Of a DNA stretch of 64,000 nt, positions 59,530 to 64,000 are shown one piece after another. Position 1 is the first letter of the stretch; each line of letters starts with the position of its first letter. The notes below the pieces were generated by a model, which made no database searches, was not told the DNA's origin, and saw only the letters and a program-made list of their open reading frames with translations. Source of the DNA: Marsupella aquatica (lineage: Eukaryota > Plantae > Marchantiophyta); NCBI GenBank assembly GCA_973895155.1, contig OZ316894.1, positions 9,709,440-9,773,439 of the forward strand, in the 5' to 3' direction. A program made the position numbers and the translations under genes.

Positions 59530-60760
59530 CTGTAGATATATATTCCAAAGACAAACCGCCAAGCAGGGTCCCAAAGCAACCCGAAAAGTATATATCACAC
59601 CCGCCAAGCAAGGTCCCAAAGCAACCCAATAAATATACACCAGACTGCCAAAATACAAAAATACCAAACAGCTAAACAAGATACCAAAGGCCAAAAACCC
59701 AATAAAAAAAGGGGAAGAGGGGAAACCCCAAGGGAACTCCAGAGCCCCCACACTCCACAGTCCCCACACTCCAGAGTCCCAGGCCCCAAATGCACAGCAA
59801 CCCAATAAAGGGGGGAAAAGTGAAAAGGCATTTTGAAAAAGGCAGAGCTTCCCAATAAAGGGAGGAAGGGGGGGAATTGGGAAAGGGAAAAGGTATTTTG
59901 GATCGACATGAGAACTGCGGTGATTGACGAGAGCTTGATGAGTAATTGCTGACAGTGCCAGATGGAGGCCCTCGCTGTGGCCACTTGGCAGAATCTGGCC
60001 GCAAACCGTGCATGGGGTCGAAGAAACCTCTGTTGTACTTACTGCTCCGCTGGCGAGTGAGATGCGATCTTCATGATGCGATTCAGGTTTATAAAGCACT
60101 CGTAGCTCTCGAGCTGAACCTCAGTTTTGAGTGTGAGCTTTCAGAAGTTTCAGCCCTCTCTCTCGTCCCTTCCTTCGGGCACGCATTTTCAATCGAGCGA
60201 GGTCCTCTGTTGCTGAGGATTGCTAGAACGATTTCCTCTCATATCAGGAGTACTCTCATACACATTGTTCCGCCCTGCACAGAGTAAGGTGGGCTGGGGG
60301 AGCTTCACTCTTGTGACCGAAGTGAAGGAGCTGAGTCTCAGACTTGTTGTTCCTGTCGAGGAATCTGTCTTTTGGAGATACAACGAGTTTCTGCCCCTCA
60401 GCTTTTTGCCGTTGTTGAAGTTTCAGCAGGACAGGGGAGACAGCAAAAATGCCGTGGATTCCGTGCTGTATTGAGTGTGGGTCGACAAGGAACCCATGCC
60501 ACTGCAGAATTTTGGGGCCCACACTGGGCTTCGTGGCATTTGTAGCTGCTGCCGTGATTGAATGGCCAGTGGGCGCCCTCGTTTGGTGTTTCAATCACCA
60601 CAAAGGTCGCCGAATCATGCATAATCCTGCTCTGGTGGTCTATCCAAACATTTCCAGTATTTTTGCCTGCTGAAGAAGTTGGGGTCGTACACTTCTCATC
60701 CGTCCTCGGTCTCACAGTGCGAGCAATGGTGCTTTCAATGTCTCTGTACAGCTGACAACA
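59530..60760 (-). mobile_element. Possible 3' fragment of a non-LTR retrotransposon
   Basis: The minus strand has a G/T-rich 3'-UTR-like tract with duplicated gggttgctttgggacc.tgcttggcgg, similar in composition to the L1 3' UTR at 16590-16710. No diagnostic protein motif was found. Confidence 0.3.
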
Positions 60761-62493
60761 TTCACTCGTTGTTGCTCCTCTTTTTAACCTTGACCACGGA
60801 CTTACCTGATATACCTAGTTGGTAACGAGGTCGTAATGGAGTATGCAGTAGGGTCAACATTTTCAGTATACTTAATAGCGCATAGAGTTAGTACTCATGT
60901 CAGGCATGAGACATTTGTTCTAGTTGCAGATTATTTGGGATAATCAGATATATTGAACGTAGCAGATCCAGATATCTGACATAGTTACCGTCTAGATTTT
61001 TTAGGATGTATCTCAGGATGCTTTTTTCTAACTCACCAAAGTTATCATGTTGTTGAGTTCAATTCATTAAATCCATTCTTCTTGTGAATTCAGCGAGTTC
61101 GTTTCAGAGCAAGTTTCCTGAACGTTTGTGTGGTTCACCAAACTTTCTATTTCGTTTGTTGAGGACAAATCAAGTGATCCGTCCTGCTTGTGAATTCAGC
61201 GAGATCTTTTGTGAGCAAGTGTACTTATTGTTTTTGTACTTGATTTCATCCTGAGATTTCATTCTGCGACTGTAATCTTGAGCAAGAGGGCTGAATGATA
61301 AGTGTCCATTTCAACCTTACTGTACATGCTTCGCTCATCTCAATGACTTGTAAGGCAGCAAGAAGGCTGAATGCTGAATGTTTTAAGTGTCCTTTTCAAT
61401 CTTACTGTACATCCTTCGCTCATGTCAATGACTTCTAAGGCAGTTACTGTCCTCAAATTTAACTTCATTCAATTAGAGCCTATAATCGGTCGTTTTTGAT
61501 GCATGTTTTCTTGCATTTTGCAAACATGTTTGCTTTTTTGCTCGGTTACGAAGTGAGCAAATGCTTCGATAGAGACATAACGACAGATGTAACAGCTTTC
61601 AATTGTTGTAAGCATGCTACACGAGCACTCAACCTTAGCACTGAGTTTTCAAAATTAGCCCCCCCAATAATTTTTTTTCCCAAATGTGGGCAAATCGTGT
61701 CACAAAATGTGCAATGGGAGTGGTCCGCTGCAGACGGCAGGGACAGAATGCAAAACTCTATAGGATGTGAACATGTGGCACCCTGGGAAGCATATATAGG
61801 TTTTATCAAGTCTAGGAGTGTGTAATCTAGTGCACTCTCAAGTTCAGCCTATGTGCTGCCTAGTGTGATGTGTCTGGTTGCTTACAATAGAGACAAAAAC
61901 TGAATTTTGGAACTTTAGAGTGTGCAACCTTCATATACCTTCCTGGTCTTCTACTCCTCTCCTGTGCGGATGGTTTTATTTTTTTCTATTGGGCAGATGG
62001 TTTCATTAGGAGTGCCTTGAGCTCCTCTTTTCATTGTTTTCAATTTCAGGTGATCATGTCACATAACTAGAACTTGTGATCCAGTTAGTGGAAGGGGGTA
62101 CACTGTCCAGCCATTCAAATAGAAGCTTCTTCACATCCAAAGCTACTGTAGGTGGTTGAATGGTTGAATGCGGAAATCACCAGATGTAAACCCTGATGCA
62201 GCCAGACACTGTCCAGTTGAATTGCTTGAGATAACCTCAAGGTCCATCCGAGCAATACTTTCCCTTTCCTAACCAATTGTCATAAACCAGAAGGATATTA
62301 AACTGGTGGCAAAAACTACCATGGCATGCTTTGTGTTGCTTTGTTTTGGTTTGCATCCAAAGACAATTAAAGTAAGCTTAATTTTTAAGCTTTCTTTTTT
62401 ATATTAGGCCATTGTGGCCCATGCCAGGTTTGTTTGTTTTTTGTTTTGTTTTGGAAGGAAATGAGGAAGTCACAACACTAGGTAGAGTTTCCC

Positions 62494-62866
62494 CACCCCA
62501 ATAGTGACACATTCTTTATAGGGAACCCATTTCAGGGTGAGACCCCACTGATATGACAGGGACCCGCACCAGGAGGGAAAGGGGATTTAATCAGGGCACC
62601 CCAATAGTGACACACATTCTTTGTAGGGAACCCATTCAGGGTGAGACCCCACTGATATGACAGGGACCCGCACCGGGAGGGAGAGGGGATTTAATCAGGG
62701 CCACTATTAAAGTGGCCAACCAGGGATCAAAGAGATAATGAGGACTCCTATCCACAAAACCCATCCCACCCACATACATATACCCTCCACAGCCCTGTGT
62801 GAGAAGGGGGGGATTGAACCTCAGACCTTCAGTTCCAGGCCAATCCCCTAGCCAACTAACCTAAAC
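62494..62866 (-). mobile_element. tRNA-derived SINE copy with an internal ~120-bp tandem duplication
   Basis: The minus strand head has a B-box GGTTCAATCC (62820-62811) followed by cacagggctgtggagggg, as in the 34082 copy. caccccaatagtgacac...ggggatttaatcaggg is duplicated within 62494-62700. Confidence 0.7.
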
Positions 62867-64000
62867 TTGTTACTAAAAAGAGAAAGAAGAGAAAGATGTT
62901 AAGATATTTCTTATTCAATTTTGCTAGATCTAGTGCTGGCCTTCAGATGTCCTTAGGGCTCTACCATATACCCAAACTAAAAAATATGTGATGTTATGAA
63001 TATCAAGTTATTACAATTAACCTCAAATATTGGAAGATTGAGGTCCATGGGGGTTTCAAAATGGGAAATTGTGGTCCATGGGGGTTTCAAATTCGGAGGT
63101 CGAATCCAGCGAAAATTCGCATCTAAGAATGACGATGATCCGAGTCTCGTCCATCACACGCCGCACAATCATGAGGGAGCCACGTCAGCGAGTCAGCGAT
63201 GGCATCCTGGACACTCTGCTCTGATTCCCACGAATATCCCGCTGCAGTAATCCCCTCTAGTAATGCATGCTTTGTGTGTAGCTCGGTGCCATAGACCAGA
63301 GCTTTCTATCACTGAATCTGCCGACCTCCATTTCCATCGTCACCATCTCGATCGGCGTTTCTGGTATCCCTTTCAATCGGACCCAAATTCCCTGTTGAAA
63401 AAGGAAGTGTCGATCTCCATCGCCACCATTTTTTTTTTCCTCCTGGATCGGCGTTCTCGGTATCATTTCTGTCCCGCACTGGCCCGACCCTGCTTGAATT
63501 CTTCCACCGTGTAGCATTTGATAGTACCGGTCTGTAATGTAGCTGTCGGATTGGTTTTCGAATTGGTTTTTTGGCTGTCAAGAACTCGTAGGTGGAGCTT
63601 TTTTAAAGTCAGATTTGCATTGTAAAAACGTTGAATGCTGGGGCAACTTAGAAAGTGTATGCTGAGGACTTTTTTTAGTGTTAGAGGTGTGGACGTAAGT
63701 GCAGGAAAGAGGTGCAGCACCTGCACATCGATTCCTCTTTCAGGAGTCTGAGCTAGAGTTCGAGATTGGGTTGTGGAAGGGGGGTACTTGAAGAATCTCT
63801 CGTTTTGTGTTTGAATTGGGTTTTCCTTATCCAGGTGGTGGTGGTGAGGACCAAGCTGAAGAGGTGCTGCAGCTGCACGTCGCCTCCTCTTCCAGGAATC
63901 TAACCTAGCAGAGGGCGAGATTTAGGGTGGTGGGAGTGGCATTGCGCTTGGTGGGATTCTCTTCACGAACGGTGGGAGGGACGGAGAGGCGGATTGAAAG

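Noticed and set aside
63100-64000. GC-richer segment with short ORFs and a degenerate duplication at the window end
   Set aside because: It is truncated by the window and has no recognisable domain, so it cannot be classified.

Overview
This is eukaryotic DNA with GT-AG introns and plant-type genes. Gene content and TE repertoire suggest a non-seed land plant, probably a liverwort (inference). Host genes, left to right: a tandem pair of Werner-like DEDDy 3'-5' exonuclease (WEX) genes on the minus strand (the right copy intact, the left a pseudogene followed by a third decayed exon copy); an intronless bacterial-type GNAT acetyltransferase; an 8-exon OTU1/YOD1-type deubiquitinase; an intronless BTB/POZ gene; a 7-exon MAEA/GID9 CTLH E3 ligase subunit; and a 3-exon gene for a predicted plastid membrane protein. 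Intergenic DNA is TE-rich. A ~200-bp tandem array (9.1-13.5 kb) has a unit homologous to the 3' tail of a tRNA-derived SINE. That array is interrupted by a foldback element, a 1.9-kb solo LTR-like element with unusual AGT...ACT ends, and a second short SINE-like insert. Also present are a 5'-truncated L1 with a 12-bp TSD, several MITEs and several minisatellites. The most notable element is a near full-length CRE-clade (RT + restriction-like endonuclease) non-LTR retrotransposon with ~197-bp 5' tandem repeats. All coordinates and alignments were read by eye, and no database searches were run.
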